From Psychrobacter sp. DM4 (lineage in GTDB: Bacteria > Pseudomonadota > Gammaproteobacteria > Pseudomonadales > Moraxellaceae): a DNA stretch of 32,000 nucleotides. Positions within the stretch are counted from its first letter, which is position 1, and every line of letters begins with the position of its first letter. The notes under the pieces were generated by a model. It searched no databases. It was not told the DNA's origin and was given only the letters and a program-made list of their open reading frames with translations. A program made the position numbers and the translations under genes. Location: positions 450,001 to 482,000 of the forward strand of contig NZ_CP195536.1 in assembly GCF_051307035.1 (NCBI RefSeq), read 5' to 3'. Positions 1 through 11,067 of this stretch are shown in pieces.

Positions 1-1
1 C

Positions 2-439
2 GGTCATGCAAGTCTCACGCTCAGCCTCGATGATATGCCAGCAGATATAGCTATCGATAATTACAAATCAGAGCAGTGGCGCGCAGGACTTACTTTGATG
101 GCACAGCCAAAGGGCAAGCGTAACAGCCGCTTAGCGGTACTCTCAGGCGGCGAGAAAACTTTGACCGCGCTGAGTCTTATCTTTGCCATATTTAAGCAGC
201 ATCCCGCGCCCTTTTGTGTGCTCGATGAAGTCGATGCGCCGCTCGATGACGCCAATGTTGCGCGCTTTACTAGCCTTATTCAGGAGCTAGCAGGCGACTT
301 ACAGTTTGTATTTATCAGTCATAACAAGCTCTCCATGCAGATTGCTGATGAGCTCAAAGGTATCACCATGGCGCAAGCTGGCGTCTCAACCTTGGTCAGT
401 GTATCTTTGGATGAGGCGATTGATTATATTGATAGCTAA
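2..439 (+). CDS. smc: Chromosome segregation ATPase SMC, C-terminal end (5' part outside window)
   Basis: The frame is open from the window edge; the ORF track begins at internal Met 35. It has the ABC signature LSGGEKTLTALSLIF and Walker B/D-loop FCVLDEVDAPLDDANV. It lies upstream of zipA-ligA, the usual gammaproteobacterial order. Confidence 0.85.
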   Translation, partial: GHASLTLSLDDMPADIAIDNYKSEQWRAGLTLMAQPKGKRNSRLAVLSGGEKTLTALSLIFAIFKQHPAPFCVLDEVDAPLDDANVARFTSLIQELAGDLQFVFISHNKLSMQIADELKGITMAQAGVSTLVSVSLDEAIDYIDS

Positions 440-826
440 AGGCTTGCTCTTAGGAGATGTGGGGTTAATGCTTAGTGCTAGAACTTATCACTCGGCGCGT
501 TTTCATTTAAACGGCAAATAGTGACCCGGCGTCTGTAAATATAGTATAGTTAGTCCAATATAAAACAGATATAGCGCGACTGGGATGAATGTTTCGCAGC
601 CTCTATCGGCGTAGGTACAGTAAGCCCAAAAATTTATACCCGTTTCGCGTTATTAAATAATGTATCCATTTTATTTAGTATCGACTATAAGATAAACGTA
701 TCGTTTTTAAATATTGCGCATGCCCCAAACACAGCAAGTGATGACGACATCTGTTAGCCATGCTAGACTATTGCTATTTATTTTCACTATCATCATTCCC
801 TTTGTCATTATTAGGATATCTCGCTC

Positions 827-1885
827 ATGACCGCTATTCAGTTTATCTTGATTGCCATTGCAGCCTTTATTGTGCTTGCAGGGCTGTTTATGGTCATTCG
901 CAGTTTTAAGCGTCGTCAAAGTACTGAAGCCACTCCGGTTAATTACGACAAAAATGGTATTCCTATCATTCCGCGTCACGAGCGCAACATCATCGATCAG
1001 CCAGACCTTCATGATACCGTCGCAGGCGAGACCAGTATCGCACCTGATCGTGAGTACCTACATGCGGTCATCGAAGACGATGAGCCTGCGACTATCGATG
1101 ACATGTTGAATCATGTGCAAGCTGATACAAGTGTTGCTGAGGAGCAGAACGACGATTACGAGCGCTGGCAAGCTGAGCAGCAGCGCGCTGATGATAGCGA
1201 GTTTGAGGCGATAGCGCAGCAGATCAACAGTGATGATCATAGTGAGTATGGTGACCATAATAGCGATGAGCATCTAGACGCGCACGCGCAAAGTGGTGAG
1301 CAAGAGATTGATGCTTTCTCAAGCCTAATGTCAGCTACAGACAGCTTGATGCCCGTGATTGATACGTATGATGAGCCAAGTTTCGATGACAACAGCCCTG
1401 TGCTTGATCAGCATCTATTAGAGCCTGTCGATCAGGCACAAAACGGTCCACTGATTCATGCCAAAGACAATATAAATATTACGATTTTGCCGCAGCAGTA
1501 CCGTGACCGTGCGACATCAGTCATTCGTGGTGGCGACTTATTAGCGTTGATAGATAAGTATGGTTTGCGCTTTGGCGCGATGAATATGTTCCATCGCTAT
1601 GAGCAAAAAGACGGCACGGGCATGCTCTGGTTTAGCATGATGGGTATCACTGACGAGGGTATTGCCCCTTTTGATCCGCATAGTGTGGCCACCAATAGTT
1701 ATAGTGGCGTCGTTGTATTCTTATCATTACCGCACCCGCAAGCGCTGCGTAGCTTCGATAGTATGATGAGCATCGCTTATATGATGGCAGATGATTTGGA
1801 CGCGGTTATGCTTGATGAAAGCAATGAGCCCATCACCCCTGAATACAAGCAGCAACTGCGCAACCAAGTACGCGATTACGAATAA
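827..1885 (+). CDS. zipA: Cell division protein ZipA
   Basis: N-terminal TM helix (IQFILIAIAAFIVLAGLFMVI), a long acidic low-complexity linker, and a C-terminal FtsZ-binding-type domain (ITILPQ...GGDLLALIDKYGLRFGAMNMFHRY...VVVFLSLP). Conserved position between smc and ligA. Confidence 0.85.
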   Translation: MTAIQFILIAIAAFIVLAGLFMVIRSFKRRQSTEATPVNYDKNGIPIIPRHERNIIDQPDLHDTVAGETSIAPDREYLHAVIEDDEPATIDDMLNHVQADTSVAEEQNDDYERWQAEQQRADDSEFEAIAQQINSDDHSEYGDHNSDEHLDAHAQSGEQEIDAFSSLMSATDSLMPVIDTYDEPSFDDNSPVLDQHLLEPVDQAQNGPLIHAKDNINITILPQQYRDRATSVIRGGDLLALIDKYGLRFGAMNMFHRYEQKDGTGMLWFSMMGITDEGIAPFDPHSVATNSYSGVVVFLSLPHPQALRSFDSMMSIAYMMADDLDAVMLDESNEPITPEYKQQLRNQVRDYE

Positions 1886-1900
1886 AAGGTTTGCTACTAA

Positions 1901-4123
<2,223 letters not shown>

Positions 4124-4126
4124 GAT

Positions 4127-5560
4127 ATGACAGAAAGTGATAGAAAAATCATTGATAAGTTAAAAGAAATTCCAGATGAATATGCTCGTGGAATAATTAA
4201 GAAATTAGCAAGAGTAATAATAAGTGGTGATGGGAATAAAATAAGTATAGCAAATGCAAAATTTCTCATAGCTACTATTTTGTTGAATAAAGATTATAAG
4301 AAAGAAGCACTAGAGGTGTTCAATAGTATCAGACTAGAAGAGAATAAAAGTATTTACGAGAACGCTCAGTTCTTTATAGGAGATATTCTCTTAGAAAGTG
4401 TTAGCTTAGCAGATATAGAACATGCTAAGAGCAGTTTCGTCTTTGTAAAAAATAAGTTCCCTTACGAAGCAAAATATAAAATAGATATATGCGATTTAAT
4501 TTTAGACAGAGGTTTTGAGAAGTTAGGTAGAAATATTTTTGAAATATCTAATCTTGTATATAAGATACTATCCATATTAAAGATTGATATCAATAGTATA
4601 GGAAAGAAACAGTTGCATGCAGAGCGTAAGCTTGCACATTACACTTCAACTGAAGTGGCCAACATTTTACTACATAATCCAAATACTAATTTTTTTCGAC
4701 TAAATACTATTCATAATGTTAATGATCCTAGTGAAGGTAAGTTACTTGAGGGTTGTTTAAAGAACGATAGTAAAGAGAGAAATAGTGAAGTAAGGTCTGA
4801 TGGGGAGTATCAGACCTTTATTGGATGCTTCACTTTTAATCATGACAGTTTAAACCAGTTCAGACTTTATGGTAAGAAAGACTATAAGGAAGCTTCTGGT
4901 ATTAGTTTGATATTCAATAAAGATTTCTTTAAAGAAAACGATCACCCTGATCAAATGTCATTTATCGCAACTGAAAGAAGCTTAGATGAAGAAGTGTCTA
5001 AGGAAAAAATTAGCCAACAGCCAGTAATACGTTGTGTTTATATGGATCCTAGTTCTCAATTTATACATTTAGCACAACGTAATCAAATTACTTTTTATAG
5101 AGAATTCAGCGACCGCGTTGAAGCTGACATGAAATGGATGAAGTATAAAAAGTATATCGATAAAAAGACAAATGAGTTTTTGATATGGTTTGAGTGTTTA
5201 AAAGGTACGTATCAGAAAGCTATGGACATTGTAAATGAGTTAGATCAATCGAAAAATTCAGAAATAAATATTTTACTAGATAGGATTTTACTACCAATAA
5301 AGTATTTAATTAAGCATATAGCTTTTCAAGAAGAGCAAGAGTGCCGAATGATTTATATTACTTCACTTGATAGACCAGAAGTTAAAATGGAATTCGGGAA
5401 ATTCTTATACGTTGAGTATGAAGCAGATGTAAAGTCGCACCTTGATAAAGTCTATATCGCGCCTGCTGCTACTCAATATCAACCTTATCTAGCTAAGCTG
5501 CTTTGTGATACTAATGTCAAAATCGAACTCTCAAACAATCCTTACCGCCAAACTTCGTAA
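4127..5560 (+). CDS. Hypothetical 477-aa protein: DUF2971-like core with an unrecognised helical N-terminal module (low-GC orphan gene)
   Basis: Long ORF in AT-rich DNA with no competing ORFs. The Shine-Dalgarno AGGGAG sits inside the last ligA codons, 6 nt before the ATG. Motifs LAHYTS...NVNDPSEG, FIGCFTFNHDSLNQFRLYG, SGISLIF and KHIAFQEEQECRMIY match my recollection of the DUF2971 (PF11185) pattern. Not verified by HMM search. Confidence 0.8.
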   Translation: MTESDRKIIDKLKEIPDEYARGIIKKLARVIISGDGNKISIANAKFLIATILLNKDYKKEALEVFNSIRLEENKSIYENAQFFIGDILLESVSLADIEHAKSSFVFVKNKFPYEAKYKIDICDLILDRGFEKLGRNIFEISNLVYKILSILKIDINSIGKKQLHAERKLAHYTSTEVANILLHNPNTNFFRLNTIHNVNDPSEGKLLEGCLKNDSKERNSEVRSDGEYQTFIGCFTFNHDSLNQFRLYGKKDYKEASGISLIFNKDFFKENDHPDQMSFIATERSLDEEVSKEKISQQPVIRCVYMDPSSQFIHLAQRNQITFYREFSDRVEADMKWMKYKKYIDKKTNEFLIWFECLKGTYQKAMDIVNELDQSKNSEINILLDRILLPIKYLIKHIAFQEEQECRMIYITSLDRPEVKMEFGKFLYVEYEADVKSHLDKVYIAPAATQYQPYLAKLLCDTNVKIELSNNPYRQTS

Positions 5561-5568
5561 TAAAATAG

Positions 5569-5601
5569 TAGCGTGTGTCATATAAGTCAAAACACACGCT
5601 A
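5569..5601. terminator. Bidirectional hairpin between convergent genes
   Basis: Perfect 10-bp inverted repeat TAGCGTGTGT (5569-5578) / ACACACGCTA (5592-5601) with a 13-nt loop and A/T-rich flanks. It lies between the stop at 5560 (+) and the stop at 5610 (-). Confidence 0.6.
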
Positions 5602-5609
5602 TTAAATCT

Positions 5610-6149
5610 TTACTCCACCATCTCGCTATGCGCCTTAACATCACCTTTCTTACCATCAGGCACTATCACGATAGGTAATACGAGCCCTTTTGCATAGTCA
5701 CTTTCGAACACATAATCAAAGCGGCTCGCTTCAATCTCAGGGGTCGTGTGAATGATCAGCTCGACATTATCACCATCAGTCAATTCATGTGAGGTATAGC
5801 TATTGCTGAGCTGATCGAGGGCTTTAGATAGCGCCTCATTACTCGCCATGCCAACGGTGAGATTATGCTGAGCGGTAGTAGCATCGACGTCGAAGTAGTC
5901 GGCGTAGTCTTTGACATTTTGACCATCGATGTCAAACGGATAGTCGAAGTCTGCTCGATCAATAGCCAAGACGCCAGTTGCGAGTCTCGACCAATCAATA
6001 GTCCCGCTTGCGGTATCATCACTTGCAGATACCGCTTGCTCACTAGGCGTCGCTATTACCTGATCGTCAACAGGGATGGCACTATTATCACAACCGCTAA
6101 GCGCACCCAAACTCACTATTATCATCGTACTCATGAGACGTTTGGTCAT
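5610..6149 (-). CDS. Hypothetical lipoprotein
   Basis: Signal peptide with lipobox MIIVSLGALSG|C and an acidic mature part. AAGG-type Shine-Dalgarno upstream of ATG 6149. No family recognised. Confidence 0.7.
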   Translation of the reverse strand: MTKRLMSTMIIVSLGALSGCDNSAIPVDDQVIATPSEQAVSASDDTASGTIDWSRLATGVLAIDRADFDYPFDIDGQNVKDYADYFDVDATTAQHNLTVGMASNEALSKALDQLSNSYTSHELTDGDNVELIIHTTPEIEASRFDYVFESDYAKGLVLPIVIVPDGKKGDVKAHSEMVE

Positions 6150-6241
6150 AGTATTACCTTTTTATTCAAGTCGTTAGATACTGAGCGCTTTTATAGGACA
6201 TTTTGACAGTTTTTACTCATTGCTACCACTGAATTGAACAC

Positions 6242-6269
6242 AAAAAACAGCCATAATGTATGACTGTTT
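6242..6269 (-). terminator. Rho-independent terminator of the 6335-6760 lipoprotein gene
   Basis: On the minus strand: AAACAGTCAT-acatt-ATGGCTGTTT (10-bp stem, one mismatch) followed by TTTTTT. Confidence 0.6.
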
Positions 6270-6334
6270 ATGATGACGCTAAGCTAGTCGATTAGAGGTT
6301 TCTCTCTAATCAGCAAACGATCAAACCAATAGAG

Positions 6335-6760
6335 TTATCTGCCAACTTTACAATTGACTTGGTACTCTCTACCAGTCGCCCATTTCATAGCTAATATACC
6401 TTCATCATCTGTCATGTGCCATGCATAGATGACCTCTGGATTTGACTGATTGACGTAGCTTGCGGTCGCGCCTTGGACGCCGCCATTCAAGATAATAGGC
6501 TGCTGCGACCAGCCAATTTTAGGCAAAGTTGCGCTTAGCATAGCTTGCTGTTTGTTGATAGATTGCTTGGCGGTAACTTGGCTGTTATCCGTACAAGTAT
6601 AAGGCACAGGTGACATGCGATCATAGGCAACGGTAGGCGTCGTATCGGTGACAGGCGTAGTCGTTGTTGTAGTCGTTGGCATGCTAGGCGACATCGTTGA
6701 GCAGGCGCTGAGTAGAGCGAGGGCAGGCATAGCAGTAGCTACTTTCATCATCGTTTTCAT
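6335..6760 (-). CDS. Lipoprotein, possibly MliC-fold (lysozyme-inhibitor-like)
   Basis: Lipobox ALALLSA|C followed by a Thr/Pro linker. The C-terminal ~85 aa are bracketed by two Cys (YTCTDNSQVTAK ... GATASYVNQ ... IYAWHMTDDEGILAM ... VNCK), which resembles the MliC layout. Start set to ATG 6760, preceded by GGAGAA; the ORF-track start at 6772 is a TTG inside that Shine-Dalgarno. Confidence 0.7.
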   Translation of the reverse strand: MKTMMKVATAMPALALLSACSTMSPSMPTTTTTTTPVTDTTPTVAYDRMSPVPYTCTDNSQVTAKQSINKQQAMLSATLPKIGWSQQPIILNGGVQGATASYVNQSNPEVIYAWHMTDDEGILAMKWATGREYQVNCKVGR

Positions 6761-6927
6761 AAGTTTCTCCAAAGTATAAAGGGTATATCAGTTATGTACG
6801 ATTCATCGATTGCATAAAGTTATGGTAATCAAAACTATGCGCGAGCTATGTTAGAAATTGTTTGTCAGCTGTGGTTTTCGTAACCTTATCGATAACTCAT
6901 GTAAGTGTTTAGCGAGATTAATAAAAA

Positions 6928-6955
6928 AGCACATCAGTTGTTAGGCTGATATGCT
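6928..6955 (-). terminator. Rho-independent terminator downstream of ygiQ
   Basis: Inverted repeat AGCACATCAG (6928-6937) / CTGATATGCT (6946-6955) with one mismatch. It is flanked by AAAAA on the plus strand, which reads as a T-run on the minus strand after the hairpin. Confidence 0.6.
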
Positions 6956-6981
6956 TTTTATCTAGATACTAAAAGTAATCG

Positions 6982-9423
6982 CTACTTAGTTTTGCGTGGT
7001 GGCAATCCCGTATGCTGCGTTTGGATATTCCCTTTACTCACTTTTTTCTTGCCAGCGTAGTTTTTGGTAGTGCTATTTTTACTATTACCTTGACGTTTCA
7101 TCGAGTCATTACCCACACGACTGTTCTTTTTGCGCGCGGATTGATAGCCATTTTGTTCAGCGTCGCGACCTTCTAAGCTGGCGTTAAACGGTGGTATCAG
7201 GCAGCCGCGATTCTTGCCAATCAAGTCACTACGACCCATATCTTGCAATGCGCGACGCAGCATCACCCAGTTCTTTGGATCGTGATAACGCAAGAATGCC
7301 TTGTGCAATTTGCGCTGCTTGCCTGATTTGACGATATCCATATCACCTTCATCACGGCTAACCTTGTGTAGCGGGTCTTTATGGGTATGGTACATCGTCG
7401 TTGCGGTCGCCATCGGACTTGGGTAAAACGCTTGCACTTGATCGGCGCGGTAATCATTGCGCTTGAGCCAAAGTGCCAGATTCATCATGTCTTCATCTTT
7501 AGTACCCGGATGCGCAGCGATAAAGTAAGGAATGAGATATTGCTCTTTGCCTGCCTCTTGACTGAACTGCTCAAACATCGCTTTGAACTGATCATAGCTG
7601 CCCATGCCAGGCTTCATCATTTTTGACAATACGCCTTCTTCTGAGTGCTCAGGCGCAATTTTCAGATAACCGCCGACATGATGGCTCACCAGTTCTTTGA
7701 CGTATTCAGGATCTTTGACCGCCAAGTCATAACGCAGACCAGAAGCAATCAAGATTTTCTTCACGCCCTTAATATCACGCGCTTTACGATAGAGCTTCGT
7801 TAAGTTGCTATGATCAGTAATTAGATTTTCGCAGACATCAGGATAGACGCAAGAGGGCTTACGGCAGTTCTTCTCGATATTCTCATCTTTACAGCTTAGA
7901 CGATACATATTGGCGGTTGGACCACCCAAATCGGATATGACCCCTGTGAAGTTCGGCGCGGTATCACGAATGGCCTCAACTTCACGTAGGATAGAATCTT
8001 CTGAGCGACTTTGAATAATACGGCCTTCGTGCTCAGTGATCGAGCAAAAGGTACAGCCACCAAAACAGCCGCGCATAATATTGACGGAGAATTTGATCAT
8101 GTCATACGCGGGAATGCGGGCATCGCCATAACTTGGGTGCGGCAGGCGCGCATACGGCAAATCAAACACGTAATCCATCTCTTCCGTTGAGAGTGGTATC
8201 GGTGGTGGATTGAGCCAGACATCGATAGAGGTGTGCGAGTTACCCGCGCCACTGCTATGACGCTGAACGAGCGCACGCGCATTACCCGGATTGGTCTCCA
8301 AATGTAAGATACGGCTGGCATGAGCGTAGAGCACAGGATCGGATTTGACGTGAGCATAGTCTGGCAAGCGAATGACCGTTTGCTCGCGAGCAGGCATTTT
8401 GATTTTATATTTGCGTGCCGTTTTAGGCTTATACTCTTCGACGCTTTGAGTCGCCATGCCGCGCATCTGTACGACTTGAGTCTCTTCATCAACTTGGTCG
8501 GCATTCAAGACTTTATTAGTCACAGGTTCTGCCACAAAACCCTGATACTGTGATGAAAACGAGTTTTGATTTGGCGTCTGGTTGGGACGCTCTTGCTCAA
8601 TCTTACAGCTGTCAACGTCTTCGGTCATGACATAAGGGTTGATAATGGGATCGACACGGCCAACGGTATCGACATCGTTACTTGCCACCTCCACCATATC
8701 CGCTTGCCAATGACGACGACTTGGCGTGAGCAAGTATGCCGTACCACGCAATTTGCTCATTTGCTCAAAGGTATAGCCTTTGGATAGACCATGCACCACA
8801 TCGACGATAGCGCGTTCAGCATTACCGTATAAAAGAACGTCAGCGCGACTATCGAGCAAAATACTACGGCGCACTTTGTCTGACCAATAATCATAATGGG
8901 CGATACGACGTAGGCTGCCTTCGATACCGCCTAAGATAATCGGCACATCAGGATACGCTTCACGGCAGCGCTGGCTGTAGACGATAGCAGCGCGATCAGG
9001 GCGCTTATTCGCCACATTACCCGGCGAGTAGGCATCATCGCTACGAATCTTGCGGTCAGCAGTATAGCGGTTAATCATGCTATCCATGTTGCCCGCAGTT
9101 ACGCCATAAGCGTAAACGGGTTTGCCGAGTTCCATAAAGGCGTCTTTGCTCTTCCAATCAGGCTGCGCGATGATACCGACGCGAAAGCCTTGCGACTCAA
9201 GTAAGCGCCCAATAATCGCCATCCCAAAGCTGGGGTGATCGACATAAGCATCGCCTGAGATAATAATCACATCGCAAGCATCCCAACCGAGCGCGTCCAT
9301 CTCCGCGCGATTCATTGGTAAGTAAGGCGCAGGCTCGTAGCAGCTGGCCCAATGCTTATCGTAATCGTATAACGGTTTAGTGCCTTGTTTAAAGGCGGTG
9401 CGGGCGATAGTATCGGCAGACAT
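6982..9423 (-). CDS. ygiQ: YgiQ-family radical SAM protein (UPF0313)
   Basis: N-terminal YgiQ domain ([42 protein letters not shown]), radical-SAM cluster motif [11 protein letters not shown], and a Lys/Arg-rich C-terminal tail. Confidence 0.9.
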   Translation of the reverse strand: MSADTIARTAFKQGTKPLYDYDKHWASCYEPAPYLPMNRAEMDALGWDACDVIIISGDAYVDHPSFGMAIIGRLLESQGFRVGIIAQPDWKSKDAFMELGKPVYAYGVTAGNMDSMINRYTADRKIRSDDAYSPGNVANKRPDRAAIVYSQRCREAYPDVPIILGGIEGSLRRIAHYDYWSDKVRRSILLDSRADVLLYGNAERAIVDVVHGLSKGYTFEQMSKLRGTAYLLTPSRRHWQADMVEVASNDVDTVGRVDPIINPYVMTEDVDSCKIEQERPNQTPNQNSFSSQYQGFVAEPVTNKVLNADQVDEETQVVQMRGMATQSVEEYKPKTARKYKIKMPAREQTVIRLPDYAHVKSDPVLYAHASRILHLETNPGNARALVQRHSSGAGNSHTSIDVWLNPPPIPLSTEEMDYVFDLPYARLPHPSYGDARIPAYDMIKFSVNIMRGCFGGCTFCSITEHEGRIIQSRSEDSILREVEAIRDTAPNFTGVISDLGGPTANMYRLSCKDENIEKNCRKPSCVYPDVCENLITDHSNLTKLYRKARDIKGVKKILIASGLRYDLAVKDPEYVKELVSHHVGGYLKIAPEHSEEGVLSKMMKPGMGSYDQFKAMFEQFSQEAGKEQYLIPYFIAAHPGTKDEDMMNLALWLKRNDYRADQVQAFYPSPMATATTMYHTHKDPLHKVSRDEGDMDIVKSGKQRKLHKAFLRYHDPKNWVMLRRALQDMGRSDLIGKNRGCLIPPFNASLEGRDAEQNGYQSARKKNSRVGNDSMKRQGNSKNSTTKNYAGKKKVSKGNIQTQHTGLPPRKTK

Positions 9424-9748
9424 GGGACAACCTTGATCTTAAAAATACGTTTGATAGTTAGTCGCTATTGATAGCTATAATTTACTAATTAGGTAGCGGC
9501 TAATTTAAAGGCGCTCATTTTAACATGAATTGCGTTCAGGGTGTGAGAAAGCGGCTCTGAAATATCTAGATAAGTTATTGATAGTGTGGAGTAAAAAGAT
9601 GATTTTAGACGGATTATCAAAAGTGCTTTTGAAAGATATGTTTTACAATTAATTAACGAGCATTTTCAAAGTATCTAATGCTGACCATTATTGTGCTTTA
9701 ATATAATAAGATATTCCATTCTAAAGATAACTATAGTTAGGGTAAAAA

Positions 9749-10126
9749 ATGAAAAACCGAATGGTAATGCTATTTCTCCTGGTACCGATATCTGCTTATG
9801 CTTCGGATATGACAGGTGTGCTTACCATATACTATGTTATGTCGATAGTATTTCCATTAGCACTAGTTCATTTTGCTGCGGTTTTGAATTTTTCTAAGAA
9901 TGGTCGTTATCGTAATAAAAAATTTGCTCTCAAGCATACTCTAATATCAATGTCTGTTCCTATAATTGGTATTGCTATAATGGTTTTTGAGGCCTATTTG
10001 GTTAGGAGTTCATCAACGAGTCATGCTGAATCATTTAATACTGGTATTTTCATGTACATTTTCATAGCATTTATAGCTAGTATTCCTTATTTCATTCACC
10101 TTATAAAATCTACTTCACAGCAATAA
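9749..10126 (+). CDS. Small membrane protein, paralog A (125 aa; signal peptide plus ~3 TM)
   Basis: MKNRMVMLFLLVPISAYA|SD signal-like N-terminus followed by three hydrophobic segments. It shares PLAL-VHF, KH-LI-M-VP-G-AI and IPY-IHL blocks with the adjacent ORF. Low-GC DNA. Confidence 0.65.
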   Translation: MKNRMVMLFLLVPISAYASDMTGVLTIYYVMSIVFPLALVHFAAVLNFSKNGRYRNKKFALKHTLISMSVPIIGIAIMVFEAYLVRSSSTSHAESFNTGIFMYIFIAFIASIPYFIHLIKSTSQQ

Positions 10127-10213
10127 GCTAGTTTTAAAAGTTAATTCTAAAATTTTAATAGGTTCAAATAGTACTAGAAGATGATTAGAACAAGTATTTC
10201 TTATAGGTAAAAC

Positions 10214-10600
10214 ATGAAAAATCGAATGCTAGTATTATTTCTGCTGATGCCACTATCAGCAAATGCCTCAGACATGACAGTATTGAATGGCAAACTATCG
10301 ATATTTTATATGCTTATCTTTATGCCACTGGCTTTATTAGTACATTTTTTAGCGACTATCTACTTCAATAAAAGAGACTACTATCTCGACAAAGCCTTTA
10401 CCCGCAAGCATTTGTTAATTGCTATGACGGTGCCAACGTTAGGTGTTGCTATAATAGGTTATGAATATTTAATAAATATAAGCAGCACAGGTATTCATAT
10501 TGGCACTTTAGTATCGGTGCTGTTTGTCTATGGTTTGGCAGCATTTCTCTTCGCCATTCCTTATCTTATTCATCTCACTACTTCAGATAAAAACCCTTAA
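10214..10600 (+). CDS. Small membrane protein, paralog B (128 aa)
   Basis: MKNRMLVLFLLMPLSANA|SD N-terminus and the same architecture and conserved blocks as paralog A. The upstream RBS region is similar (TAGGTAAAAC-ATG versus TAGGGTAAAAA-ATG). Confidence 0.65.
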   Translation: MKNRMLVLFLLMPLSANASDMTVLNGKLSIFYMLIFMPLALLVHFLATIYFNKRDYYLDKAFTRKHLLIAMTVPTLGVAIIGYEYLINISSTGIHIGTLVSVLFVYGLAAFLFAIPYLIHLTTSDKNP

Positions 10601-11067
10601 TCTAACAAAATCTTCGTGCCACTCTTGGTAAAATTCATCACAAACTGACTGCGAAAGCTACGCACATTATTCTCATAAGTGAGCAGACTACGCGTAAATT
10701 CGTGATAGTCGTTCATACTCTTGGCATTGACCATCAGCATAAAGTCAGCATCCCCTGACACCTCATAGCAGCTCATCACGCGCGGTTGCTCATTCATCAA
10801 GCGCTCAAACCGATGCTGCATCGAGGTGTTGGATCGCGACATCTCTATCATCACGACGGCCGTTAGTCCATAACCGACTTTGTTTGGATCGAGGATAGCG
10901 ACTTGCTTGGTGATGACAGTGTTATCTATTAGCGATTGAATTCGCCGCTGCGCCGTAGCTACCGAGACATGCACGCGTTCTGCAATAGTCTTGAGCGGCA
11001 AAGTAGTGTCTTCTTGCATCAAGTTCAAAATGGCTTTATCAATATTATCCAAAGCATGAGTCATCAA
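10597..11067 (-). CDS. Lrp/AsnC-family transcriptional regulator
   Basis: N-terminal HTH (LDNIDKAILNLMQEDTTLPLKTIAERVHVSVATAQRRIQSL) and C-terminal RAM/AsnC_trans_reg-like domain (VGYGLTAVVMIEMS...YEVSGDADFMLMV). Divergent from rarD. Confidence 0.9.
   Translation of the reverse strand: MMTHALDNIDKAILNLMQEDTTLPLKTIAERVHVSVATAQRRIQSLIDNTVITKQVAILDPNKVGYGLTAVVMIEMSRSNTSMQHRFERLMNEQPRVMSCYEVSGDADFMLMVNAKSMNDYHEFTRSLLTYENNVRSFRSQFVMNFTKSGTKILLD

Noticed and set aside
4124-5609. Mobile-element interpretation of the low-GC gene (IS, integron cassette or genomic islet with att repeats)
   Set aside because: I could find no transposase or integrase, no terminal inverted repeats, no flanking direct repeats and no attC-like site. 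Only horizontal origin, inferred from composition, is retained.
9599-9652. 17-codon sORF (MILDGLSKVLLKDMFYN) with GGAG 8 nt upstream, in the ygiQ / paralog spacer
   Set aside because: It has a plausible Shine-Dalgarno, but such short ORFs arise by chance in AT-rich DNA. There is no supporting conservation or structure that I can assess without comparative data.
9691-9897. 68-aa ORF overlapping paralog A in another frame
   Set aside because: It is out of frame with the better-supported membrane-protein ORF, which has a conserved paralog. It also lacks an RBS.
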